A DNA stretch of 64,000 nt from Eledone cirrhosa (GCA_964016885.1 OZ024742.1:95108001-95172000); one strand, 5' to 3'. Counted from the stretch's first letter, positions 50,600 to 63,321 are shown. Numbers and translations: made by a program. Notes: generated by a model from the letters alone, not told the origin.

Positions 50600-53542
50600 A
50601 TTCAAGAGACCAGGTGGAGGGGTGGGTCTGCTAGATTCATTGATGGTAAAAAACGATGTTATAAGCTTTTCTGGGTGGGAAACGACGATGGGCTGGGTGG
50701 AGTAGGAATCATGGTAGCAGAAAAGTGGGCAGATAAGATAATAGACGTAAATAGAGTGAACGACAGAATAATTAAAATACGACTTGTCCTCAATAGAACT
50801 ACGGTGACAGTAATATCTGCGTACGCACCCCAATCCGGACTGCCCGGTACTATAAAAGACAGATTCTATGAGACACTGATGCTAACTACCTCCCAAATAT
50901 CCGACAGTGACTATATAAATATTGCAGGCGACCTAAATGGTCACGTTGGACAACATTGTGACGGCTACGACGAAATCCATGGAGGCTATGGGTTTGGTAC
51001 TAGAAATGAGGAAGGCTCCAGAATCCTGGAATTCTGTGATGCAAATAACCTAACTATCTGTAACACTAACTTCAAAAAACGTGACAATCACCTGATCACC
51101 TATAGATCCGGGGAACACACAAGCCAGGTAGATTATATCCTTACCAGAAGACGTAACAGAGTGTCTGTTGTAAACACTAAATCCCTCCCCCATGAAGAAT
51201 GCACCTCCCAACATAGACTGATAATTAGCGACCTCATAGTCAGGACGAGACGTACTCGACAGCAGAAGAGGACTATCCCCAGGAGAAAAATATGGAAGCT
51301 AAAGGACCCCACAGCCAGAAATAAGTTTCAAAGCATATTACTTGATGCTTTCGACAGTAAGGAAGAACATTTAGAGTCGGACAATATAGAGGAACAGTGG
51401 GAATTTCTGAAAGCAAACCTGCTGTTGGCGACAGACGAAGTCTGTGGCTGGAGCAGGCCTGTAGGCAGGAGGAGAGTAACATGGTGGTGGAACAGTAAGG
51501 TGGAGGGGTCAATTAAGGCCAAAAAGCAGGCTTGGAAAGTATGGCGGGATGGGGGAAGTAGAGAAGACGATCAAGTGGCCAGGAGGGAAGCTAGGAGGCA
51601 AGTGTACTTCGCAAGAAGGGAAGCTGAGGAAAGAAATTTCAAGCATGTTCTACAACGCTATGACCAAAAACGTGAGGTGTTCAGGATTGCTAGGCAATGC
51701 GTCAAGGAAAACCGTGATATTGTCGGGGAGAAGTGTGTACTTAACGATGATGGCATACTTGCCATCACCGACGCTGATAAGAAGGTAGCTTGGAAGTGTC
51801 ACTATGAAAGGCTACTAAATGAGGAGAATAAATGGGAGAAAGACAGTCTCCCCCATATCGACCCAATAGAGGGACCAGCAGTGTTAGTCGAGGGGAGTAT
51901 AATAAGTAAGGCAATCAAGGATATGAAGACGGGTAAGGCGGCTGGGCCTTCGGAAATAGTTGCTGAGATGCTGAAGGCATCTGGCACGGTGGGACACACC
52001 ATGGTCACCCGCATAGTTAACCAAGTCGTACAGAATGGGGTTGTTCCGAAGGACTGGCATAGCAGCATCATCGTTAACTGTTATAAGGGTAAAGGAGACG
52101 CCCTAGATAGGAGTAACTATAGAGGCATTAAATTAATCGACCAGGTCATGAAGGTCACGGAAAAAGTAATAGCACAACTAATCAGAGAGAGAATTGACCT
52201 AGATGAAATGCAGTTCGGGTTTGTGTCAGGCAAAAGTACCACAGACGCTCTTTTCATAGTACGACAACTACAGGAGAAGTACCTAGCTAAAGGTAAACCC
52301 CTCTACTTAGCTTTTGTCGATTTAGAGAAAGCCTTCGACAGAGTCCCCCGCTCCATTATCTGGTGGGCTCTTAGAAAACTAGGCGTTGACGAATGGCTTC
52401 TGAGAGCTATACAAGCCATGTATAAAGAAACGGTCAGCAAGGTTAGAATTAACAACGAATATAGTGAAGAGTTTAGCGTAAAAGTTGGCGCCCATCAGGG
52501 CTCTGTTCTCAGCCCCCTACTATTTATTATTGCCCTTCAGGCTATAACAGAGGAGTTCAAGACCGGCTGCCCATGGGAACTCCTATACGCAGACGACCTG
52601 ACACTCATAGCGGAATCAATGGCCGAGCTAGAGAAGAAATTCCAAACATGGAAGCACGGCCTAGAATCAAAAGGACTTAAAATTAACCTGGCTAAGACTA
52701 AAGTTCTAGTTTGTAGGAAAGAAAATAAGGCGGCGGTCCCTTCTGGGAAATGGTCGTGCTCGGGGTGTAGGAAAGGCGTAGGTAGAAACTCCATTTTATG
52801 TCCTAAATGCAAAGTATGGGTGCATATAAGATGTAGTGGGATCACAGGTAAGCTAACTAAGAACATAGATTTTACATGTGGCCGGTGCTCTGGTGCAATA
52901 AGTAGCAGCAAGTGCCCACAAAATACTAGCTCTTTCAATTGCGCAGAGGGTTCTATAGAAATAGTGGACAGTTTCCGTTACCTGGGTGATAAAATCAGCA
53001 GTGGGGGAGGGTGCTCTGAAAGTACAGTAGCTAGAGTCAGAACTGGTTGAAAAAAGTTCAGAGAGCTTATACCACTATTAGCTGCTAAAGGGTTCTCCCT
53101 AAAAATGAAAGGCAGGTTGTACGATGCCTGCTTACGAACAGCAATGTTGCATGGCAGTGAGACCTGGGCATTGTGTGCAGAGGATATACGCAGACTAGAG
53201 AGGAACGAAGCTTGCATGCTCCGCTGGATGTGTAACAGTAATATACGTGAACGGCAAAGCATAAACGAACTAAGGACAAAATTAGTAATAAGAGGGATCA
53301 GATGTTGTTTACTCGAGAGAAGGCTACGCTGCTATGGACACGTGATGCGCATGAAAGTCGATAGCTGTATAACAAAGTGCAGGGCAATAAAGATAGACGG
53401 TAGCCACGGAATAGGCAGACCTAGAAAAACCTGGGACGAGCTGATAAACTCCGACCTCACACACTTACACCTCTCCAAGACAATGTCACTGGACCGAGAC
53501 CTTTGGCGGTACTCAGTAACAGAGAAGACCCGCCTTACCTAA
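50600..53542 (+). pseudogene. RTE ORF (APE-RT-PHD finger) with a single premature stop (TGG>TGA at 53048-53050)
   Basis: ORFs 50573-53050 and 53105-53542 are in the same frame; YADD intact; N-terminal endonuclease residues are missing. Confidence 0.9.
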
Positions 53543-53930
53543 ATACATAGTAAAACCTACTACAGCCAGTAGGCATCTCTAACAAAATACCCCCTCCCCC
53601 CCACACCCACACCATCCACACCACCCCGTTCTATGTAAAGTTATGTTGGTGTCACACCATCCAGGTCGAAACAAATGAGATCGTGTAGGTGTCACGACAA
53701 AAAAACACAGTCCACGCTGTAATGTGGCCGTGTAGGCAACACGGTAAAAACCTCCCAGACCCACACTGTAAATGTGGTTGGTGTTAGGAAGGGCATCCAA
53801 CTGTTGAAAACCTCCCAGACAGTCCTATGCGAGCAAGACAATCACTCTTGCCTCGAGTGGGACTACCCCCGTCCAAACCCATGCAAGCATGGAACACGGA
53901 CGTTAAACGTTGATGATGATGATGATGATG
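50600..53930 (+). mobile_element. RTE-clade LINE, copy B (young, slightly 5'-truncated)
   Basis: Inverted homolog of 129-3470; (GAT)n tail at 53911-53930. Confidence 0.95.
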
Positions 53931-54329
53931 AGTGTTCTACCTAGTCAGGGCAAGATTTATAACCACCTTAAAATCCTTTCATGTTCATATTTCTAATGAA
54001 AGACACTCTATTTCAATTAATTAATGAAGAAGATTAACGATGGATTTACTAAAGCTATCAACTGTTTCAGTATACAAAGATAATATCTTAGTATGTGGTT
54101 CTTATATTATATTATGTTGCAAGATTTTATTTAAATAAGAGCCCTTTCGAATGTCTGGTTATGTATAATAGAAAGAAAGTCAGTTGTGGGTGGATTGGCA
54201 TTAAAAGTGTTAAATCGGTTGGGGTCAACTTTATTGATTATAGAAGGAAGGATGTGAAACAAAAGATATGTTCCAACAATGAATTAATATCAATTCTATG
54301 AAATAATGCACTTTCCTTTAGAAATTGAT

Positions 54330-54503
54330 TACCTCCTACCAAAGCTAGACATCTTGTGCCAAAAGTAGAAACAATTATTGATCTGAGTTCAAATCCCGCC
54401 GAGGTTAACTTTGCCTTTCATCCTTACGGGGTCGATAAAATAAAGTACCAGTAATGACTGGGGTAATTGCTGGCCTTGTGCAAAAAGTAGAAACCATTAT
54501 TAT
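54330..54503 (+). mobile_element. SINE-A 3' fragment followed by a 5'-truncated SINE-A
   Basis: Two ttgtgc.aaaagtagaaac ends at ~54355 and ~54477. Confidence 0.85.
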
Positions 54504-54778
54504 TTACTGAATAATAATAATAATGATAATAATAATAATGCTTTCTTTATTAACCACAAGGGTTTACATAAAGTAGACATTAAGGACAGTACAGGACGGT
54601 ACAAATTGGCATTTATGCGTGTAAAAGCAAGAAACAGAGGATGTAATAATAGAACAATGAAAATATTCCCCAATAGGGGGGAGACTTCTGAGGGACATTC
54701 GTGGAGAAAGCCCATTAAAAAGCCACAGTGAATCTGACCACCAGGGCAAATGCCCTCTCCCAGTTTTCCACCTTTAAT

Positions 54779-57700
54779 TTACAGACACATACTCAGAGTA
54801 GGCCCACTCACTCGGGCCATTCTTGCCTCTCTCACCCATCTTTCAACAAAATGCTGGGAAGAGAGCACTTCCCTTTCTACCCTGATTTTCCTTTTTAAAT
54901 GAAATTTGAAAAAGTTAATCAGGGCATCACCGAAGAGGAAAGTGCTCGTCTTCAACACTTTCAAACATGTCCACCATACTATCTCTTTCGCCATGGCCAC
55001 CAGACAGATAAAAACTGCTTGCCCTTCCTGGCTAAAGGAAGTGGGCGGGGAAATCCTCACGATGGACTCAGCTGATAGCTAGATCCGTCCTACAAGCGAC
55101 AGCAGGTGTTCGACATAAACCCACAAGTCAGCAATGCTCGGACACTGGACGAGTGCGTGCAGAACGGTTTCGTCGCCCTGCACGCATCTCTGACATGCCC
55201 GGCTGACGGCACCTCCATGCCTGTAGAGTTTATCCCGAACTGGCAAAGCTCCTCGGTAGCACTGCCGGCCAGGGATTTCTGGAAGTTGTCCATAGGCCCC
55301 GGCACGAAAATTCTTCCGAAGAGATTGGCTAGTTGATTTTCGTCAACGCCTAGAGTTTCCCCAAGTACGTCGTCGCTCTTCCCCTTCACTAAACCTCTAT
55401 AGAACGCCAAGGTGGAGTTTCCACCGTTCACATTGCCCGATTGGTCGGGGGCTGTGAGCGCCTGAAGACATTCCAGTCTCCAAAAGCTCCCTCTCGGTCT
55501 TCGCTTGACCCAGGACTGCAGCTCCGTCAAGGAGACGAGCTGGGGAAAGAGGCGTCTAGCAAACGGCGACCACACATGATCACCGTCGAGGAAGAGGTGG
55601 AGATGTCGTAGACTGAGCGCGTGTCTGCGCATCATCAGCCACGGCATTCCCAGCCCTCCACGTAGCGGGTGTTGACAGCAGATGGACCACCTGACCATCG
55701 GAGTGCGTCCCTTCCACAAAAAGCGAAAGAGCAAACGCTCCAGCGCAGTCAGGCGGGGCTTAGGACAAGGTACGACGGTCAGGCGGTAGTAGATGACGGA
55801 CGCGATATACGCGTTAGCCACATCCGCTCGACCTTTCAGGGATAGCTTCTTCTCCGCCCATTTCTGGGTGAGAGAAGCCACCCTGATCGTCACCTCGTCC
55901 CAGTTTTGTCCGTCTGGAGATCCGGACCAAACCAGATCCCGAGCAATTTAACCGGTCCGTCCGTCCAGCGCCCGACGACGCTGTTGGACGGCATGGACCT
56001 GCCTCTCCAGGTGCCGAGCTGCAGGCCCACTGTCTTTTCCTGGTTGATCATTGCTCCTGTCACCGTTTCGTACTCTCTTAGTGTAGTGCCGATCGCCTCG
56101 ATGTGTTTGGCGTTCGACACCACTACGGTGACATCGCCCGCATATGCTGACACGGATCTTCCGCATCCTAGTTCGCGCAGGACCCACCTCAACGTTTCCA
56201 GTTTGTGCAGTAATGGCTCGAGAGTCAATACGTACAAGAGGGATGAGAGGGGACATCCTTGGCGGACCGAGCGCATGATGTTGAACGGTTCCGAAAGGTG
56301 ACCGTTCACTCTCACCACAGAGAAGATGTCGCTGTGCATGGCAGCGATCCAGCCTCTGAAGACGGGCCCAAAGCCAGCCGCCCTCAGGACTGCCGCTAGG
56401 TAACGATGGTCGACCCTATCGAAAGCTTTCGATTGATCTAAATTGATCAAGGACCCACCCGTGCCAGGTTCCCTAGCTACCCTCTCTACGATGTATCGCA
56501 TGAGGTGGAGGTTGTCGTGGATGGATCTGTCGGGAATGGCGCATGTCTGCGCCTCTCCCACCAGACCATCAACGACAAGCGCCAACCTCTTTGCTAGCAC
56601 CTTGGCCAAAATCTTGAACTCTGTGTTTAGCAGAGTTATGGGCCTAAAATTATCTATGTTATCCCCCTTGTTCGGATCCTTTCTCAGCAGCGCCACAGTT
56701 CCTCGACTCACAGAGCTGGGAATTCTCCCGTTCTGTTGCCAGTTGCAGTAGACGTCCGCCAAGAGGCCTCCGAACAAGTCTGGCATCTGTACGTAAAGTT
56801 CAGAGGGCAGACCATCCAAACCAGGCGGTTTACCCCTTGTGCAGCCAGTCATTGCCTCCCGTACTTCAGCGGCTGTTATTGGCTTTTCGCAACACTCCGC
56901 CTCAGTGGCCGAGAGCCGCGGCAGTCCGTCGAGGTAGACACTAAAGTCCATCATTCGACCCAGCCCACCGCTGTCTCCGAACAGCTGAGTGAAGTGTCGC
57001 TGAAAAGCTTCACACATTTTTCCGGGATCAAGTAGCATGCGCCCGTCGTGGTCCACCAAAGACCGGATCGTGGTTATGTTGCCACGACGCGCTTCCGCCC
57101 CTCGGGCCCATTGAACGGCTTTCGTTCCCTCGTGTCTGAGAGCACGGACCCTAGCTCTGACAACGCAGCCTTCGTGCTTTGCATTGAAGAATTGGTCAAG
57201 GGCCAATTTCGCCACAAGCACGTCGGTCGCGATGCCTTTGCTAAGCGCCTCATCTAATTTTCTAACTAGTTCTCCCTCTGCTCTATTTTTCTCTATTGCT
57301 AAAGCCTTACTAAACCTAATGGATTCTATTCTAATCGCTCTTTTCAGAGCAAACCACCACTTGTTGTTGACGATGGCCCCCGTCAACGCCCGCTTAACTA
57401 GTTCGCTAATCCGGTCTTGTAGGCCTTGCGCGCTTGTAAGGACGCGTTTAGCTTCCAGTAGCCGGGTCCTCGTCTATGAATCCTATCTAAGTCAAGCACA
57501 CAGATCACGAATTTGTAGTCCGTGTAGCTGACTATCTTGAATTGTGGACAGCCTATGCTAGACCTATCTATTTCCCTACAAAATACTCTATCTAGATATG
57601 ATCTGGATGAGCCTATGCGATTTGTCCAAGTCCACATTGGCACATTCGGGAAATCCAATCGGTACCTGTCAGACAGTTCAAAACGCCTGAGCAGGTTGGC

Positions 57701-57913
57701 AAGGCTCTTGCACCCTCCTCCCCTATCCACTAATCCCACACAGTCCCAGCGTGCATCTAAGATCCCGTTCCAGTCGCCCACTAAAGAGCGGGACGTTCCA
57801 AGAAAGGTCTCCAGACGCCGGAAGAATTCAGGCCGCCCTGTTCCTGTCGGGGCATAGACGGCCACTAGCCTGAAAGCTTGTCCGTCTCCGCTGGTCACGT
57901 CCAGCACCACCAA
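54779..57913 (-). pseudogene. Tx1 ORF2 (APE-RT-C-terminal zinc-binding region), frameshifted
   Basis: RLVAVYAP, GDWN, SRSYLDR, GPGYWKLN, PGLDGLP, NFRPITLLN, LDQSKAFDRVDH, RQGCPLS, YAGD (mutated YADD), LSLKGR, GGLGMP; the N-terminal part of the endonuclease is missing. Confidence 0.9.
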
Positions 57914-57940
57914 GTTACCTTTTTTGTGGGTTTGTTTCTG

Positions 57941-59441
57941 TTACGCTTTTTGGTGACTTTTGTGGTGTTGGTGATTGTGGTGTTGGGGTTCATGATGGTG
58001 ATGGTGTTGGTGTTTGTGGTGATGTGGTTGGTGATGCTGGTGTGGATGCTGGCATATCTGTCCTAACTTTTTTGTTTGATAATTTATTTGTTTCCCCCTG
58101 TATTTTGTTTTTGGAGGGGGAAGGAAGAGAAATTTTTCTTTTTGGGGTTCTTTTTTTCTTTTTTGGTTTCTTTTTTTCTTTTTTCCTGATACCGTTTCCC
58201 ACTCCTCGTCGTCACAATTTGTCTCCAGTTGCGATAAGCCGGGGAGTGGAAAATCCTCCACAGGCGTTGGTTTTGGTTGTGGCGTGGTGGATGGTGTAGG
58301 CGCTGGTGCTAGTTCTGGCGCGTTGGGTGGTGGTGGTGTTGGTTTTGCTACTGTTGCTGTGGTTGTTGCTGTTACAGTTGCTTCTGTTGTTGCTGCTACA
58401 GTTGTTGCTGCCATTTCTGCTGCTGGTGGTGTTTATGGTTGAGTCACTGGTGTGGGTAGGAGAGGTGGCCTCAACCTTTTAACCTGATGGCAGAAAGCCC
58501 TTAGGTGGGTTCCTTCACCACAAACGACACACCTTGGCTTTCTGCCCTCGACGTTTACGGTGAGGTGGCTGCCGTCAGTGAGGTATATTACCTCTGGGAT
58601 CTCCTCAATGCTTTTATGGTCCGCTTGGATCAGGAGCTCCATCCCAGATCCGGACCAGTTCTCCTGCTTTTCTTTTGCTATTTTAATTATCTTGGTGTTG
58701 GCCTCGCTGCCGGCGAGGACGGCAGCCATTAGCCAGGGAATTTCGATGGGCGGTGGAACGTGGAACTCCCTGATCTTCACAAGTCTCTGGCCACAATAGC
58801 TTGGGACGAATGTGAATTCGTCACTTCGTAATGGGGCCATGGAGTGTTCTCTGGCCTCCTGTGGTGTTTCAAAGAACACGTCCACGGTTCCATATTTCTG
58901 CCCACGTCTGATGTGGGTTCTTTTTGCCCACACATGTCCCAAAGCTTTTTGGATTTGGGACTCGGATGTCCGTTCCACTCAGCGCGATTTTATGTTAATT
59001 GTCCGATAAGACACGGTGCATAGGCGACGATGCTCCATTTTATTAGGTGTGTGTGGGTGGGTGGGTGGGTGGGGTGGGGGGGCTGACCCTGTACCCATCT
59101 TTCTTTACCATTCCTTTGGCTTCTTCTAATTCCTCCTGAGTTACCTGGATCGCTTCGCACGTTTTTGCTACTCTGGCAAAACTCAGGGTAGTTTTCTTAA
59201 TTTCATTGTTGCTGTTGTTGTTATCGTTATTTTTGTTATTGTTAATTTTAGTTTCAGTTGTGGTGGTGGTGGCGTCAGTGGTGTTCGGTGTGGAAGAGTT
59301 CATTTTGGTTGAATTAATTTCGATATCACGAGTTAATTTATTGTTTTCTTTTGTTTCTGTTGTCGCTGTGGTGGTGGTGGTGGCGGCTTTAACACCTTCA
59401 GTCATTGGTAATGGCGGGAAATGAACGTCTGCCTGAGACAA
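57941..59441 (-). pseudogene. Tx1 ORF1 with CCHC zinc knuckle and low-complexity segments
   Basis: VNVEGRKPRCVVCGEGTHLRAFC (CX2CX4HX4C), SFARVAK, WETVSGKKKK; broken into three ORFs. Confidence 0.8.
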
Positions 59442-59795
59442 ATTTAAAATTGCTACTGCTTACATTTCCAGTGTTGGCAAACGTAGCAATATTTACAATG
59501 GTGGTGTCGGTGTGAGGTGTTAGATTGTGAGGAAGGAGTGGCTCTGAGTCATCCCCGAATTTTCAAAGAAAAATTTTTGTTTGATAATTATAAAAAGTTT
59601 AAATGTTGGGCTCAAGGCCCCAATAATTTTGAGTGTCCTTTTCAGAAATCAATGTATGTGCACTTATATACAGTTAACAATAAAAAATTTCCATAAATGG
59701 CAATTTTAAACAACTGAAAATAACAAACCTTTGCGGAGCTCACGATGATACGATTTACTACGTAGGTCGCCAATAATAATAATAATAATAATAAT

Positions 59796-60001
59796 TGTTT
59801 CTACTTTAAGCATAAGACCAGCAATCTGAAGGGGAGGGGAAATCAATTAAATCGACCCCAGTGCATTACTGGTGCTTTATTTTATCAACCCCATAAAGAT
59901 GAAAGGCAAAGCAAACCTCAGCAGGATTTGAACACAGGATGTAATGGGTCATAGCTCTATGCTTCAAAACATGGTGTCTGACACTTCACCGACACTGCCA
60001 A
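59796..60001 (-). mobile_element. SINE-A long form whose (ATT)n tail adjoins the Tx1 5' end
   Basis: Family motifs including gggggaggggaaatcaattaaatcgacccc. Confidence 0.85.
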
Positions 60002-60326
60002 TAATAACAATATGTGTTGATCTTGCTTTAGCCTGGCGATGCAGGTTATTTAGAGACAGTGTTTCAATAAAAGCACCAATGAAGAGAGTAAAGGCTCCAC
60101 AAAAACTCTCATGGAATCATGAATGAAATAGTTAATGGCGTGAAGAAAGAATCCCAATCAATATGAGAAGGAGGATGAAAATTGAAACTTCTAGAAGACA
60201 TAACATAAACTAGGAATCTTATCCAAGCTGTTGCACTGTTTGTAGAGGAGCAAATGCAACTGAAAAACACTAAGCAGAGTAAGGTAAAAGAACCACAGTG
60301 GAAAAAAGTATCAAAAATAACATAAT

Positions 60327-60384
60327 TGTTTCTAGTTTAGGCACAAAGCCAGCAATTACCTAATGCATTTCTGGTACTTTATTT
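60327..60384 (-). mobile_element. SINE-A 3' fragment nested in the R4/Dong element
   Basis: Direct repeat tatcaaaaataacataat at 60309-60326 and 60385-60402. Confidence 0.85.
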
Positions 60385-61880
60385 TATCAAAAATAACATA
60401 ATGCAGTTAAGCCAGGATCTAAGTAAAATTGAGCAATGGTTTAGATAAAATTGGAAAAATGGGAAAAAGGCTGATCAAGAAGAACTAGACAAGACATAAG
60501 TAATACAAAAGAGTGGATTCCATACAACAATAGAGCAACTAAAACAGAAATTATCTTGGAAAGCCAGAAGATAAGGAGATATGTAAATAGAAATTAGCAG
60601 TTTGAGAAGAATAGATTGTTCCAAAATAACGCAAAATATTTATTCCGCACTTTGGAAGGGAACAATGGGAAAGATGCTACCCTTAAGGCTGAATGGGATA
60701 TGAGGAAACAGTTTGACCCTGGGAAAGAAACCAAGAGAATAGACACAATCAAGGCAGAATTGCGAGGAGGAAATATACAAAGAGATATTACTATAAACTC
60801 AGTCAATGTGAAGGATCAAGTAGCCAAGATATCAAACTGGAAAACTCCTGGACCAGTTGGAATCCCCGGCAATTGGTTGAAATGATGCAATGCAGCACAT
60901 AAAAAACTGGTAACACAACTGAATGAATGTGTCCTGAGAGGTGCTGTCCTCCATCTGGACAGTTACAGGAATGATAACACTTGTGATGAAAGATAGGAGT
61001 AAGGAGAATTCTAAGGGAAATTACCACCCTATAGCATACCTGAACATAATATGGAAGGTTCTCACTGAGATATTTGCAGGGAAGAGATATGATTTCTGTC
61101 ACAGGAAGAATTACTACCAAGGGAACAAAATGAATGTAGAAAGAGGTCCTAGGGTATCAAGGATTACCTGGATATTGATAAGACAGATTTCAGACATTAT
61201 AAGAAACATCATACAAACATGTTTATGTCCTGGATTGACTTAAAGAAGGCACATAAGGTGCCCCGTTTTTGGATTGGTGAATGCCTGCAGATGTTTGGTA
61301 TTACTCACATCACAAAGTTTATGCTGAACATTATGCCTTAGTGGAAAACCAAGTTATACTCAAGCAACGTCTTTCTGGGGGGGATTATAAATGAATAGAG
61401 GTATCTTCCAAGGAAACCCATTTCACCAATACTTTTTTTTATACCACTGATAATTATAACACTCACATTCAGAAAAATAGAAATGGGCTACCAATATTGA
61501 AAGCAAGGGCCATTCATAAACCACCATCTATTTATGGATGATCTGAAACTGTTTGAGAAGTTTACAAACGAAATAAATTCATTGGTTAAAACAGTTCAGA
61601 TATATAGCAGTGACATCGGTATGGAATTTGGGATTTCCAAATGCTCAGTACTCAACATGAATAGAGGGAAGAATGCAGCCTGTAGTGGATTACAGCTGGG
61701 AGTACCAAAAGCTAGTGGTTATAAATATTTGGGGTCCTTAGATGATATTTTGCACACAGAAATGAAAGAAAAAGTTAGAGGGATATATTTAAAAAGAGTT
61801 AAAAATGATTTTAAAATCTAACTTGAATGTGAGAAATCTGGTCACTGTGATAAATATTTGTGCAATTGCAGTAGTTAGAT

Positions 61881-62200
61881 CAGGGGTGTGCAACATATTC
61901 CATTGGCAGGCCACTTTTGAACATTGGAATAACTTTTAGGACCATTAATATTTATTAAGCACTATTCCAAAGATTCACCAAAACTTCTTTCCATAACATG
62001 GAACTGGGAAATTATAACACTCATAACCCTATCATTGAAGCCCTTTATTAAAGGTCAACTAACAGAACATTGTATTATGGTTACGAAAAAAAATTCTAAA
62101 TAAGCCTACAAGGTAAAAATTAAAAACGGTCATCTCAGGACACTCTGACTGGTTTGGCAGGCCAGATTGTGGCCCACATGCCACCTGTTGTATGCCCTTG
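61881..62200. mobile_element. hAT (Charlie/Buster-like) MITE nested in the R4/Dong element
   Basis: Imperfect TIRs caggggtgtgcaaca / tgttgtatgcccttg; 8-bp TSD agttagat / ggttagat with central TA. Confidence 0.8.
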
Positions 62201-63321
62201 GGTTAGATAGTGCATCAATTCTCAGTTGGATTGAAGAAGTAGTATCAAAACTGGATAGAAGGATGAGAAAGTTTATCACATTATATGGAGATTTTCACCT
62301 AAAGTAAATATTAATAAACTATACATGAAGAGAAAGAATGGTGGCAGAGGTCTCATCAGTGGGAATGATTGTATAAGGAGTGAAAGGAGAACACTTGTAG
62401 AATATTTGGCCAAGAGTAACACAAATTGATGTTATATGCAGCAGAAGATATGGGTATAAATACAGTAGAAATAGTTGGAAAGGAAAAGTTTAACCAAACA
62501 ATAAAAAAGATATTCTAGGAATGAGAATGTATGGTCCATTTGAGAGAAATAGATAGAATATCAAGTATAAAGAACATTGTGGACATGGCTTAAGCCAAGT
62601 GATTTCAAACGTGACACTGAAAGTCTTATGGTTGCTGCACAAGACCAATCTCTTGCTACCAATTAAATGATTAAATGAAATATAACATTACAAAACTTCC
62701 GACACCCTGAAATGCAGGCTCTGTGGAAAGAATGTGGAAATGTGACCCACAAAAAGAATACAAGAGCTGCCATGATAAAGTCTGTCTATACGTTCATTGA
62801 CTTTTGTATCTTAAATACCAATATGAAGATATAGAGAATTAATATGAGCATGTGCCTTGTAAAGTAATGGAGGAATATAGGAAAACAAGAATATTCTGGG
62901 ATTATGACTTTGAAACCGATAGAATAATTAAGCATTGCCAACCAGACATTTACTGTCAGATCATCAATGTAGCCGAACTAAATGACATGAATATTGTGAG
63001 TAAGGAGGTTGAGAAAATCACCAAGTACTCTCAATTGAAAATGGAGCAGGTAAGACTATTTGGAATGTAAGAGAGTAATGTCTAAGCAATTCCAATTGGT
63101 ATCAGGGCATTAAGATCAATCCCATTGAGGCTTCAAAACTTCTTAAAGCAACAGGTAATAACATACAGGTTAGGTGTCATACAAAAGGCAACTTGGCTAG
63201 GTCTTGCACACATTTTGCAGAAAGTATTATCTGTCTGAGCCTTGTTGTGACTTGGCAGATGACTAAATATCCCAGTGTATTATCCATCTGCACAGTGTGA
63301 CAGAGTAATAACAATAATAAT

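Larger units (their letters stand above)
54540..59771 (-). mobile_element. Tx1/L1-clade LINE, both ends apparently present, internal deletion at the ORF1/ORF2 boundary, (ATT)n tail
   Basis: ORF1 pieces and ORF2 motifs (see below); flanked by (AAT)n at 54510-54539 and 59772-59795. Confidence 0.9.
60013..63305 (+). mobile_element. R4/Dong-type non-LTR element (RT + restriction-like endonuclease), degraded
   Basis: KEPQWKK, NRLFQNN, NWKTPGPVGIPGNWLK, NYHPIAYL..WKVLT, WIDLKKA, GIFQG, HLFMDDLKLF, YKYLG, CRLCGK, HDKV, WDYDFETDRIIKHCQPDI, KEVEKITKY; 11-bp TSD taataacaata at 60002-60012 and 63306-63316. Confidence 0.85.

Noticed and set aside
59046-59083. G-quadruplex-like (GGGT)n tract in Tx1 ORF1
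   Set aside because: Most simply a microsatellite expansion or insertion that breaks ORF1 in this copy; no evidence of function.
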